From: Spirochaetia bacterium
GTDB taxonomy: Bacteria > Spirochaetota > Spirochaetia > UBA9216
Direction: 5' to 3'
NCBI GenBank assembly: GCA_965140585.1
Contig: OZ223264.1
Span: 512,001-576,000, forward strand
Length of the DNA stretch: 64,000 bases
Shown piece by piece: positions 40,467 through 49,667 of the stretch; positions within the stretch are counted from its first letter, which is position 1, and the number at the start of each line of letters is the position of its first letter. The notes under the pieces were generated by a model, which worked only from the letters and a program-made list of their open reading frames with translations, searched no databases and was not told where the DNA came from. Position numbers and translations under genes: made by a program.

Positions 40467-41088
40467 TCTGCTTGAACAGGGGCTTAACAGGCTTGGTATA
40501 GAATGCAGTGAAAGGCAGTTTGAGCAGCTTGTGGCTTATATTGCTGAGATAGAACTCTGGAACCGTAAAATGAATCTGGTAGCCGATTCTGAAAGGGACA
40601 AGCTGGTAATCAGGCATCTGCTTGATTCTCTTGCCCCGCTGAATATTCTTAAGAATATTCAGGCAGAGAGAGTTGCAGATGTGGGTTCTGGAGGCGGATT
40701 TCCGGGTATTCCACTTGCTGTAATGATGCCTGAGCTTAAATTTTCACTTATCGAGCGATCAGGTAAAAAAGCCGGTTTTCTAAGAAGCGCCACAGCAGTT
40801 CTGAGGCTGGTTGATCGTGTAGAGGTTGTTCAAAGCAATATCGAAGAGGTTCATGATTCTTTTGATCTTACGGTGCTTCGAGCCTTCAGGGACTTTTCGG
40901 AGTATTATGGTGAACTGCTGCGGATTACAAAGCCGGAAGGTACAATTGCCGCATACAAGGGCAGAATGGATTCAGTTCAGGCGGACTTGAAGCGCTGCGG
41001 CATAAGCAAAGGTTTTTCAGTAAACGGGGTGGAGGTGCCATTCCTGGAGGAAGAGCGCAATCTGCTTCTGATTAGACCGAAACAGTAA
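40459..41088 (+). CDS. rsmG: 16S rRNA m7G527 methyltransferase RsmG (GidB)
   Basis: WNRKMNL, RHLLDSL, DVGSGGGFPGIPLA, RAF, YKG. Confidence 0.95.
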   Translation: MNSLLEQGLNRLGIECSERQFEQLVAYIAEIELWNRKMNLVADSERDKLVIRHLLDSLAPLNILKNIQAERVADVGSGGGFPGIPLAVMMPELKFSLIERSGKKAGFLRSATAVLRLVDRVEVVQSNIEEVHDSFDLTVLRAFRDFSEYYGELLRITKPEGTIAAYKGRMDSVQADLKRCGISKGFSVNGVEVPFLEEERNLLLIRPKQ

Positions 41089-42442
41089 TTCTTTCAAGTT
41101 TTTTAACCAGATCTTCCTTTTCTATCAGGTCTATAAGACGGGCTTCCACAAAATTCTTGGCTCCGGTAGAGAAGAAACCGGCTGAAATGCAGATTCCCCG
41201 GCCGGCTCTTGTTTCCTTGATCTTTCCATACAGATCCCTGACTATGAGTTCTCCGGTCTGCCCTGAGGAGCGTACCATCCTGAATAGCACGATGTCTTCC
41301 CATTTTGGAGCTACTACCTCAACAAGCATATCGACATATTCATTCTGCTGTTTTGAGATCTCCATTACCTTGATCTTAGTCTTTGGAAAGAACTCGGATG
41401 TGAGTTTTCTGCACATGCTTACAAACTGAGGCATTGCTCCCATTAGATACAGCTGCAGGTTTGAGTTCTGGTTGAGTTCACCATAGTTTTTAAGCAGAGC
41501 TGCGGTATCCTTGTAATTTGGGTTAACTTCGTATATCTGCTGAAGCGGTTTGATAGCATCGGATATTTTAGAGGCTTTTATATAGCAGTTTGCAAGTCTG
41601 TATCTCAGTTCCAGGGCTACTTCAGCCTTGATTCCGGGATTTTTAAGTCCCAGTTCAAAATACATCGCAGCCTGATCAAAATTCCTGAATTTCATTGATA
41701 CGGTTCCCGCATAAATACATGCGTGGGCCCCGTATTTGCTGTCAGTTCTGATCGAACCGAATATTCGGAGGGCTGCATCAGACTGTCCAAGATTGTAATA
41801 GCATTCTCCCAGAGAGAAAACCAGTTCCTTGTTTTCACCGTCGAGTTCTATTGCTTTTTTCAAAACCTCAGATGCATCGGTGTATTTATTCATTTTAAAG
41901 AGACTGAGCCCCAGATACTTATAGGTGTTCTGATCATCGGCTTTCTGTGATTTAGCCTGATTTAGAAATCCTACGGCTTTTTCGTAGTTTTTCCTCATGT
42001 ATTCCAGATAGCCGAGGTTGTAATTTATTATAAATTCGTCGGAATTGACGGTCCTCGCAAGCATGAAGCCCTTGTATGCTATTTTGTACTGTTTTGTATT
42101 CAGGGCACAAACAGCGTGTTTGAGAGTTATTGAGAACTCATCGAGTTCTTTATCTGTTGCGCAAAGCTCAAGCAGCATGTCGAACAGTTTGAAGGCTTTT
42201 TCCCAGCTTTTGTCGTTATAATACATCTCAGCAAGGTAAAGCAGTGCTGCGGGATCCTTGGGGTTGGCGGCAAGCCTTCTCTGGGCTTCTTTTACTACAG
42301 CGGAACGGTCGTTAGCCTTTCCTTTTTCAAGTTTTGAATATGATTTAGAATTCTTTCTACCTTTTATGGCTAAGAGGACGATAATAATAGCAGCAACTGA
42401 AACCATGAGCGGTATTATTACATACGATTCAAGACCAAGCAT
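41072..42442 (-). CDS. Membrane-anchored TPR protein with a C-terminal Mrr-like (type IV restriction endonuclease fold) domain
   Basis: N-terminal TM; about 8 TPRs; tail VDM...VRDLYGKI...AGRGICISAGFFSTGAKNFVEARLIDLIE. Confidence 0.75.
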   Translation of the reverse strand: MLGLESYVIIPLMVSVAAIIIVLLAIKGRKNSKSYSKLEKGKANDRSAVVKEAQRRLAANPKDPAALLYLAEMYYNDKSWEKAFKLFDMLLELCATDKELDEFSITLKHAVCALNTKQYKIAYKGFMLARTVNSDEFIINYNLGYLEYMRKNYEKAVGFLNQAKSQKADDQNTYKYLGLSLFKMNKYTDASEVLKKAIELDGENKELVFSLGECYYNLGQSDAALRIFGSIRTDSKYGAHACIYAGTVSMKFRNFDQAAMYFELGLKNPGIKAEVALELRYRLANCYIKASKISDAIKPLQQIYEVNPNYKDTAALLKNYGELNQNSNLQLYLMGAMPQFVSMCRKLTSEFFPKTKIKVMEISKQQNEYVDMLVEVVAPKWEDIVLFRMVRSSGQTGELIVRDLYGKIKETRAGRGICISAGFFSTGAKNFVEARLIDLIEKEDLVKKLERITVSV

Positions 42443-42491
42443 GGTTCATTATTGTGTTTGATAATGTAAATGTCAAGTTAGATAAAAATTA

Positions 42492-42520
42492 TTGACAAAC
42501 AAATAGGCGGATCATACGCT
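42492..42520 (+). promoter_or_regulatory. Promoter of the LysM gene, back-to-back with a minus-strand TTGACA at 42471-42476
   Basis: TTGACA-17 nt-TACGCT; SD agaggt. Confidence 0.55.
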
Positions 42521-42538
42521 TAATAGAGGTATTCATTT

Positions 42539-43804
42539 ATGGAAGAATCTACTATAGGAATAAAAATTGCTGACGGAACATATTATCCTGTTATGGGGCG
42601 TTCGGACAGTAAAAAAAAGAAGCTGATACTCACTACTGTTAATGATGACCAGGAAAGTGTACAGATTGATTTGTACGAGGGTGAAGGCGAGGCTCTTGCT
42701 GATGCTAAATATGTCGGCAGCCTGGTTATTGAAGATATCAAACCTTCTGCAAAGAAAGAGCCTTCAATTGAGCTTATTGTCGGTGTAGATGATGAAGGCA
42801 ACCTTAATGCACAGGCCGGAGACATGGCAACGGGAGACAGGCAGAGTCTCAGTGTCAGCCTGAAATCACTTGAAGAAAAGGATTTCACAACTCCGGATTT
42901 TGAAATTGATGAAGACTCCATGTTCGGTGATATTCCCGAGCCTGAAGAAGAGGAGTCAATTGATTTCAGTTTTGATGATGATGAACTGGATACCTCCGGA
43001 CTTGATGAAGATGTTTTCGAAAGCGATTCTGAGGAACCGCTCTCAGAAGACTTTGATGCCGGTTTCGATACCGAAGCAGATACAGATTTTGATGAAGATT
43101 TTTCTTTTGATGATGATGCTGACGCACTCGGTTCTGATGCTTTTGATAGTGAAGAACCTGATTCAGATGCATTTGGAAGCGATGAATCTGAAGACGAAGA
43201 AGATAAGCCGTTTCAGTATGAAGGATTTCCTGATGACTATTACAGCAGTGAAGATAATGAAACTGAAGAAGGTTCTGTACCAGAGAAGGGGAAAAAGTCT
43301 CCGGTTCTTCTTATCGTGATAATACTTATTCTGCTCATCCTTGGAATAGGAGCATTCCTATTCCTCAGAAATTCCGGCGGCGAAGCTGTTCCTCCTCTGG
43401 AGGCCGGAACTGAAAAGACAGTTCAGGATGCGGGTAAGACTGCGGAAGCGGAAAAACCTGAACCTGCAGAACCTGCATATACCGAGCCTGAAAAAAAAGA
43501 GCCTGAAATTGTTGTAAAGGAAGAGCCGAAAGTTCCCGCAGCTGAGAAAGCTCCTGAGCCTGAGAAAACTGTTGTGCAGGACACTGCTCCCTCTGCAGCA
43601 AAAAGGACTTCTTCCGACGGGGTTCCTCCGGTCGGCAGCGGCGGCGGTGTATGGTACAGACTCAAGTGGGGAGATAATCTCTGGAACCTTTCAATATCTT
43701 TCTACAGAACCCCCTGGCTATATGGGATAATTGCGGAAACAAACAGAATTAAAAACCCTGATTTGATTTACGCTGGAACAGATATTTTTATTCCGGAGAA
43801 CTGA
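42539..43804 (+). CDS. Membrane protein with Hsp70 substrate-binding-like domain, acidic linker, TM and LysM
   Basis: TTVNDDQESVQIDLYEGE...EPSIELIVGVDDEGNL; D/E-rich linker; TM LLIVIILILLILGIGAFLFL; YRLKWGDNLWNLS...IKNPDLIYAG. Confidence 0.8.
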   Translation: MEESTIGIKIADGTYYPVMGRSDSKKKKLILTTVNDDQESVQIDLYEGEGEALADAKYVGSLVIEDIKPSAKKEPSIELIVGVDDEGNLNAQAGDMATGDRQSLSVSLKSLEEKDFTTPDFEIDEDSMFGDIPEPEEEESIDFSFDDDELDTSGLDEDVFESDSEEPLSEDFDAGFDTEADTDFDEDFSFDDDADALGSDAFDSEEPDSDAFGSDESEDEEDKPFQYEGFPDDYYSSEDNETEEGSVPEKGKKSPVLLIVIILILLILGIGAFLFLRNSGGEAVPPLEAGTEKTVQDAGKTAEAEKPEPAEPAYTEPEKKEPEIVVKEEPKVPAAEKAPEPEKTVVQDTAPSAAKRTSSDGVPPVGSGGGVWYRLKWGDNLWNLSISFYRTPWLYGIIAETNRIKNPDLIYAGTDIFIPEN

Positions 43805-43821
43805 GCTATACTCTCTCTGTA

Positions 43822-45918
43822 ATGTATAAGATATTTACCCTATCTCTACTCCTGACATTGATAATATTCAGCTCATGCAGTTATGAAGAACTGGCCGCCT
43901 ATGATGAAAATGTAATCAGGGCTGCCATTGAGGATGGGACTGTCGGAGCTCTTGAGATCAGTGAAGATCAGATCTCGGCGACTGATCCTCGGGGGGCCTA
44001 TTATCTTGCATGCCGTTTATTTGATAACGGAGAATACCGAATCTCTTCGATGCTTGCCAGGCACGCCTGGTATGAGGGGAGCGGGTTTATCCGGGAGCAG
44101 GCGGCTCTTTTAACTCTCAAAGCAGATACTGACGCGGAAAACTGGAAAGATGCCCTGTTCTATTCCTCAATTGCAAGCGGGGAATTCCCTGAATCATATG
44201 AGATAAGGCGGCAGGCTGCTGAAACTCTCTACTGGTCCCGAAGCGACTCAGAGGTAGAGGCTGCTGTTGAATCGCTTGCGGGTTTTTCCGAGTACTGCAG
44301 TGATGAGGAACTGAAGCTTTTTCAGGCTGTTACCGCATACAGGCTCGCAGCTCCAGGCTGGAGCAATAAATGGGTCAGCCTTTTTATGGAAGTTTCAGAT
44401 TCTTCATTAATATTGAGAGCCTGGGACTACCTTCTGCAGAAGGAGGAGTCTCCGCTGGAATATTTTCCCGGAATGGAGGCGCTCTTCTCCGGCCGTTATT
44501 TATATGCAAAGGGCGAATACCGGGAAGCTCTGGTTAGGCTGGAACAGGCTTTTTATGAAAATCCCAGAATACCGTTTGCTTCCGGTTCTCTGAATGCTCT
44601 GGATAAAGAGCTTGAAAGCTGCTATATCATGAACGGCAGGGCAGTAAGCGGGCGGCTTGTTTTCAGGGATGCGGCACAGAGCCTGGCCGGCTCCGATCCG
44701 GATAAAAGCCGTGAATATTATTTTACCGCTGCCAGACTCTCAAGACGGGCTGGTTACTATTCTGATGCTCTTTCGTTTCTTTCATCATCTGCGGAAGAAG
44801 GTTCTCTTTTTAAAGATCCCAGACGCCTCTGGTATTATATGGATCTGAAAATCAGACAAAACCCTGCCTCCGCGGCTGCAGAGATATCAGAATACATTGC
44901 GGAATGGGATGAGCCTGATTACTACTCGGATGTGCTTGAGCGGCTGGTCACAGCGCTTACAACAGCCCGCAGCTGGCAGCTTCTGCAGGATCTTGCAAAG
45001 ATTTTGGAACTTTCCGGTCCGGCAGAGATATATGACCGCTGTCGTTATATATCAGAAAGGGCTGCGGATATGGGCTGGATTGAGCCCTGTGTTTTTTCAA
45101 CTAAATATTCAAGTTCATACTATAGTCTACTCGGAACGGGAAATCTTCCGGAAATTCCTAAGGACACGGATCCATCACCTCTGTTGTACAGTGATGCTGA
45201 GGCTTTCATCATAGGATATATTGAATTTCGGCTCTACTCGCGGGCTGCAGCGGTCGTCCGGAAGTATAGAAATATACTCTCCGAAAAGCTGTTCATTTAT
45301 GTTGCCGACAGCTTCTGTGAGGCAGGGCTGTATCTCGAGTCAATCAGGCTTATGTATCAGTATCCCGGGGAACTTACTGTTGAAGGACTTAAACGGCTGT
45401 ATCCGGAGGCTTACAGCCGGGAAATAAGAACGGCTGCAGAGCAGCAGGCGATCCCTGTTGAGGTTCTATCAGGTCTGGTCTGGAAAGAAAGCGGCTTTGA
45501 TTCGGACATTGTGTCACGTTCCGGGGCAATAGGTCTTTGTCAGCTTATGCCGTCCACTGCAGAAGAAATGGCCTGGCGGACAGGAGTCTATGACTATGAT
45601 TTGTACAATCCAGAGGACAACCTCTTTTTCGGTTCCTGGTATTTCAACTGGTTAATCGGCTACGTCGGAAATATTCCCGCAGCCGTGATATCCTATAACG
45701 GAGGTCCCGGCAGAGTTAAGGGATGGGAGAAAAACCTGTACGGACTGCCCTATGATCTGCTGTTCGAGGCTGTGCCCGTGCTTGAAACCCATGATTACGG
45801 AAAGAGAGTATTGACTGCATCTGCAGTTTATGGAATGCTCTATTTTGAAAACACGCCTCTGGCGGTGAGAGAAATGTTTTTTCCTTTTCTGACTGCAACT
45901 GCGGATGATACTGAATAA
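43822..45918 (+). CDS. Lipoprotein lytic transglycosylase (helical/TPR-like region plus SLT domain)
   Basis: Lipobox FSSC; WKESGF, GAIGLCQLMPSTA, SYNGGPG, ETHDY. Confidence 0.88.
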   Translation: MYKIFTLSLLLTLIIFSSCSYEELAAYDENVIRAAIEDGTVGALEISEDQISATDPRGAYYLACRLFDNGEYRISSMLARHAWYEGSGFIREQAALLTLKADTDAENWKDALFYSSIASGEFPESYEIRRQAAETLYWSRSDSEVEAAVESLAGFSEYCSDEELKLFQAVTAYRLAAPGWSNKWVSLFMEVSDSSLILRAWDYLLQKEESPLEYFPGMEALFSGRYLYAKGEYREALVRLEQAFYENPRIPFASGSLNALDKELESCYIMNGRAVSGRLVFRDAAQSLAGSDPDKSREYYFTAARLSRRAGYYSDALSFLSSSAEEGSLFKDPRRLWYYMDLKIRQNPASAAAEISEYIAEWDEPDYYSDVLERLVTALTTARSWQLLQDLAKILELSGPAEIYDRCRYISERAADMGWIEPCVFSTKYSSSYYSLLGTGNLPEIPKDTDPSPLLYSDAEAFIIGYIEFRLYSRAAAVVRKYRNILSEKLFIYVADSFCEAGLYLESIRLMYQYPGELTVEGLKRLYPEAYSREIRTAAEQQAIPVEVLSGLVWKESGFDSDIVSRSGAIGLCQLMPSTAEEMAWRTGVYDYDLYNPEDNLFFGSWYFNWLIGYVGNIPAAVISYNGGPGRVKGWEKNLYGLPYDLLFEAVPVLETHDYGKRVLTASAVYGMLYFENTPLAVREMFFPFLTATADDTE

Positions 45919-45932
45919 TAACTGGAGTACCT

Positions 45933-46730
45933 ATGACTATACTGCAATCTATACTGCTTGGAGCCCTTCAGGGCATTGCCGAATTTCTGCCTGTATCAAG
46001 TTCAGGCCATCTGGTTGTTTTCAGGAATTTTATGAGTCTGGGAGATGTTCCTGTTCTTTTTGATATTATCCTGCACACCGCCACACTTGCAGTTGTTATT
46101 ATAGTTTTCAGAAAGGTAATCGGTGAAATTCTGGTTTCTCTGTTTCGCCTTGTAACCGGGAAAAAAAAGCCTGAAGATAATATAAACCTCAGGCTTGTTC
46201 TGGTTGTTCTGGGAGCAAGTGTTTTCACAGCGGCTCTTGGATTTTTTATCGAAGGGCTGGGTTTTGCGGACAGGCCCAAAATTGTTTCTGTACTCTTTCT
46301 TTTTACAGCTCTGATTCTGATTCTCACAAAACTGATAAAAACTGAGGGCCACGGCTATGATAAAATCGGGCCTAAAACAGCAGTTATCACAGGAATTGCC
46401 CAGGGAATTGCCGTTTTTCCCGGCATCTCCCGATCCGGTATGACCATAGTCGCTTCGCTTTTTTCGGGTATAAGCAGGGAAAAGGCAGCAGAATATTCTT
46501 TTATTCTTTCAATACCTGCAATCGGCGGGGCTCTGCTGCTTGAACTTAAAGATTTCGGAGAACTTACCGGCGATGTATCGGCTTCTGCCATAATTGCAGG
46601 GTGGCTTTCCGCCTTTATTGTAGGCTATCTGTCAGTGCTTTTTCTTCTTTCTGTCATCAAAAAGGATAAACTGCATTATTTCAGCTTCTATCTTATTCCA
46701 TTTGCAGTAATCAGCTTTTTCCTGCTCTAA
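45933..46730 (+). CDS. uppP: Undecaprenyl-diphosphate phosphatase (BacA)
   Basis: QGIAEFLPVSSSGHL, PGISRSGMTI, AAEYSF. Confidence 0.96.
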   Translation: MTILQSILLGALQGIAEFLPVSSSGHLVVFRNFMSLGDVPVLFDIILHTATLAVVIIVFRKVIGEILVSLFRLVTGKKKPEDNINLRLVLVVLGASVFTAALGFFIEGLGFADRPKIVSVLFLFTALILILTKLIKTEGHGYDKIGPKTAVITGIAQGIAVFPGISRSGMTIVASLFSGISREKAAEYSFILSIPAIGGALLLELKDFGELTGDVSASAIIAGWLSAFIVGYLSVLFLLSVIKKDKLHYFSFYLIPFAVISFFLL

Positions 46731-46814
46731 CTAAAGGCGAATTGCCTGCTATCCTTAATTTATACTCAGAATCCGGGAGGGATTATCCGATAATCTACTG
46801 ATGAGGAGTATGTT

Positions 46815-49667
46815 TTGAAGAATAAAGCCTTCAGATTGTTGCCAGCATTGATTATAACTGCCGCAGGGCTGTATCTGCTATTCTCTTTACTTTCAGCCGT
46901 ACAGGCCAGACCTGTCGGTATTCCCGGGGCATATCTGACCGGCGAGTTTCTTTATAAAAGTTTCAATATAACCGCTTTGTATCTGCCTGTTTATTTTATG
47001 ATGTGCGCGGTTCTGATTGCGGCTGACTATTTGAAGCCCAGAGTTTTTGCAGTTCTTATTTTCTCAATTCCTGCATTTTTAACGCTTGCTCTTCTTGTCA
47101 GGGTTCTTGATTATTCAGATTCAGCCCCCGCAATAGATTACATGCTGAGAAATTTCGGCCTTCGAGGAAGCTCGCTTATCCTCGGACTTCTGTTTTTAGC
47201 GGAAATTCTGGCTATGATACTTATTCTCAGCTTCGGCAGGCCTGTTAAAAGAAGAGCTTTTGTCCGGAAAAAAACAACTGACCCGGAGCACATATCTACT
47301 GAAGCAGTAAGAGCCACTGCTCCTCTATCGTTGAAAAATGATGCTGATGAAATTGCCGAGCTGATTTCTGCGGCGGACGATGATGAGGACGGCGATGATG
47401 ATGAATATGTGCTGCCGGAAGCCGAAGTTGAGACTGAAACAGATAATGAATATGTATTGCCTGATGCGGATGAAGAGTTCGTACTGCCAGAGATAGAGGC
47501 CGAAATTAAGACAGAAGCAAAGGCCGGCCTGGCTGTTGATGCAGCATCAGAAGATACCTCGGAATCAGAAGAAGATTCTTCGTTTGTGTCCGTTGCCGGA
47601 GGTGAATGGGATCTTCAGGAAGATGATGATATTCTGAATCATCCTGATTTTGCAGAAAGCGTAGAGCCTCTGGATCTTGATCCGGATCTTGCCAGTTTTG
47701 ATGAAACTGCTGCCGTTTCTGAAAGCGATAAGGAAGAAAAGTTCAGCAGTAATCCTGACATCCCGCTCAGAGGAGATGAGGCTGAAATAGAGCAGGCCGC
47801 GAAAGCTGTTTGGGCAGAAGCGGAAATGCTTGGATTTATTGAAGACAGCTACGAGCCTGAAACCAGGAAAATCCCTGATGCTGATGAATTTGATGAATAT
47901 GATTTTGACGCAGAAGATGCTGATCCGAGACTTGAAGTCAGCTCCGGTGTAATTGAGCTTGAAATAGAAGGTGCTGAAGAAAGAGACGAAATGCTCTCTG
48001 AGCTGGACGGAATCGATGAACTTGAAGAATTCTATGACGAAGAGGATGATATCGAAGACGATGAAGACGACATCGAGGACGATGATATAGATATTGATTT
48101 TGAGCTGGAAGATGTTTCCGATGACATGGCGCAGGATGATGAAGTGAAAGCTGAATCTGCCGGGCCGGCAGTTGTTGAATCTGTACAGCCTGAAGTCTCT
48201 GAGCCTCAGGTAAAAGCAGCTCCTGCGCGAAAGAAGACAAGACGGAAAAAATACTCAGTTCCTATCGATGAACTTCTTGAAAGTCCTGAGGATGATAACT
48301 ACTGGGTTGTTGACGAGGATACCAAGGCGGCTTCAGAGGTTCTGAAAGAAACCCTTAAAGAGTTCAGAATTGCAGCAGAGGTTACCGGAATAAGCAAGGG
48401 CCCTGTTATTACCATGTTTGAAATACTTCCGGCTCCCGGAGTAAAACTGTCGAAGATTGTAAACCTTGCAGATAATATTGCGCTTCGTCTTGCCGCTTCA
48501 CGTGTTCGAATTGTTGCTCCCATCCCCGGTAAGCACGCAGTAGGAATAGAAGTCCCGAATAAACGGAGAGCCATAGTTACATTCAAGGAAATTCTTGAAG
48601 CGGAAGATCTTCGCAAGTCCAAAATGTCCATACCGGTAGTTCTTGGAAAGGATATTACCGGCGGTGCAAGAATTATAGATCTTGTTCAGACTCCGCACAT
48701 GCTTATTGCTGGAGCAACGGGTTCCGGAAAATCAGTTTCAGTCAACTCGCTTATATGCTCAATACTTTATTCGAGGAAACCTGAAGAGGTAAAGCTCATT
48801 CTCATAGACCCCAAGATTGTTGAGCTTAAGCTGTACAATGATATTCCGCATCTTCTGACTCCTGTTATCACGGAACCGAAGAAGGCTTTTCAGGCTCTCC
48901 AGTATTGTATCTGTGAAATGGAAAGACGTTATTCACTTCTTGATTCGCTCGGCGTCAGGGATATCAAGTCTTTTAACCGCAAGGTTGTAAACGCAAAGCT
49001 CACTACTGAACCTCTGCCGTACATAGTTATCATTGTCGATGAGTTTGCCGATCTGATGGCTACAACAGGAAAGGAGCTTGAGAATGTAATCTCAAGACTA
49101 GCCGCCATGAGCCGTGCTGTCGGTATTCATCTTGTTCTGGCTACCCAGCGTCCGTCGGTAGATGTTATCACCGGGCTTATCAAGGCGAACATTCCTTCGC
49201 GTATTGCATTCATGGTAGCAAGCAAGACCGACTCAAGAATTATTCTCGATACAATCGGTGCCGACAAACTGCTGGGCAAGGGTGACATGCTCTTTACGTC
49301 AGCATGGGATCCGAATCCCTCGCGTATTCAGGGCTCCTTCCTTTCCGAGGAAGAGGTTGAAAGGGTAACCGATCATGTGAAGACACTGGGTGAGCCTGAG
49401 TATATCGATGATGAGATTTTCATTCCCGAGGATGACGGTTCCGAATTCATGCTTGAAAATGCCGGAGCAGGAGACCCTCTGATGGAATCGGCTGTAACAA
49501 TAGTAGTTGAAGCCGGGAAAGCCTCAGCAAGTTATCTGCAGCGGCGGCTGAAAATAGGCTACAACAGGGCTGCAAGACTTGTAGAAGAAATGGAAGCACG
49601 CGGAATAGTTGGACCGGCTAACGGAAGCAAGCCCAGAGAAATTATGCATATACCTGATCGTGTCTGA
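46815..49667 (+). CDS. ftsK: DNA translocase FtsK
   Basis: N-terminal TMs; acidic linker; PHMLIAGATGSGKS, IDPK, VDEFADLM, ATQRPSVDVITG; gamma domain LQRRLKIGYNRAARL. Confidence 0.96.
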   Translation: MKNKAFRLLPALIITAAGLYLLFSLLSAVQARPVGIPGAYLTGEFLYKSFNITALYLPVYFMMCAVLIAADYLKPRVFAVLIFSIPAFLTLALLVRVLDYSDSAPAIDYMLRNFGLRGSSLILGLLFLAEILAMILILSFGRPVKRRAFVRKKTTDPEHISTEAVRATAPLSLKNDADEIAELISAADDDEDGDDDEYVLPEAEVETETDNEYVLPDADEEFVLPEIEAEIKTEAKAGLAVDAASEDTSESEEDSSFVSVAGGEWDLQEDDDILNHPDFAESVEPLDLDPDLASFDETAAVSESDKEEKFSSNPDIPLRGDEAEIEQAAKAVWAEAEMLGFIEDSYEPETRKIPDADEFDEYDFDAEDADPRLEVSSGVIELEIEGAEERDEMLSELDGIDELEEFYDEEDDIEDDEDDIEDDDIDIDFELEDVSDDMAQDDEVKAESAGPAVVESVQPEVSEPQVKAAPARKKTRRKKYSVPIDELLESPEDDNYWVVDEDTKAASEVLKETLKEFRIAAEVTGISKGPVITMFEILPAPGVKLSKIVNLADNIALRLAASRVRIVAPIPGKHAVGIEVPNKRRAIVTFKEILEAEDLRKSKMSIPVVLGKDITGGARIIDLVQTPHMLIAGATGSGKSVSVNSLICSILYSRKPEEVKLILIDPKIVELKLYNDIPHLLTPVITEPKKAFQALQYCICEMERRYSLLDSLGVRDIKSFNRKVVNAKLTTEPLPYIVIIVDEFADLMATTGKELENVISRLAAMSRAVGIHLVLATQRPSVDVITGLIKANIPSRIAFMVASKTDSRIILDTIGADKLLGKGDMLFTSAWDPNPSRIQGSFLSEEEVERVTDHVKTLGEPEYIDDEIFIPEDDGSEFMLENAGAGDPLMESAVTIVVEAGKASASYLQRRLKIGYNRAARLVEEMEARGIVGPANGSKPREIMHIPDRV

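Noticed and set aside
37208-41088. Possible replication origin near mnmE-mnmG-rsmG
   Set aside because: No dnaA, dnaN or parAB, no DnaA-box cluster seen, and no sizeable intergenic gap
41072-42442. Active type IV restriction or anti-phage system
   Set aside because: The catalytic motif appears degenerate and the context is housekeeping, not a defence island
46766-46793. sigma28-like promoter upstream of ftsK (tcag...tccgataa)
   Set aside because: Only a partial match to TAAA-N15-GCCGATAA; cannot be supported from sequence alone
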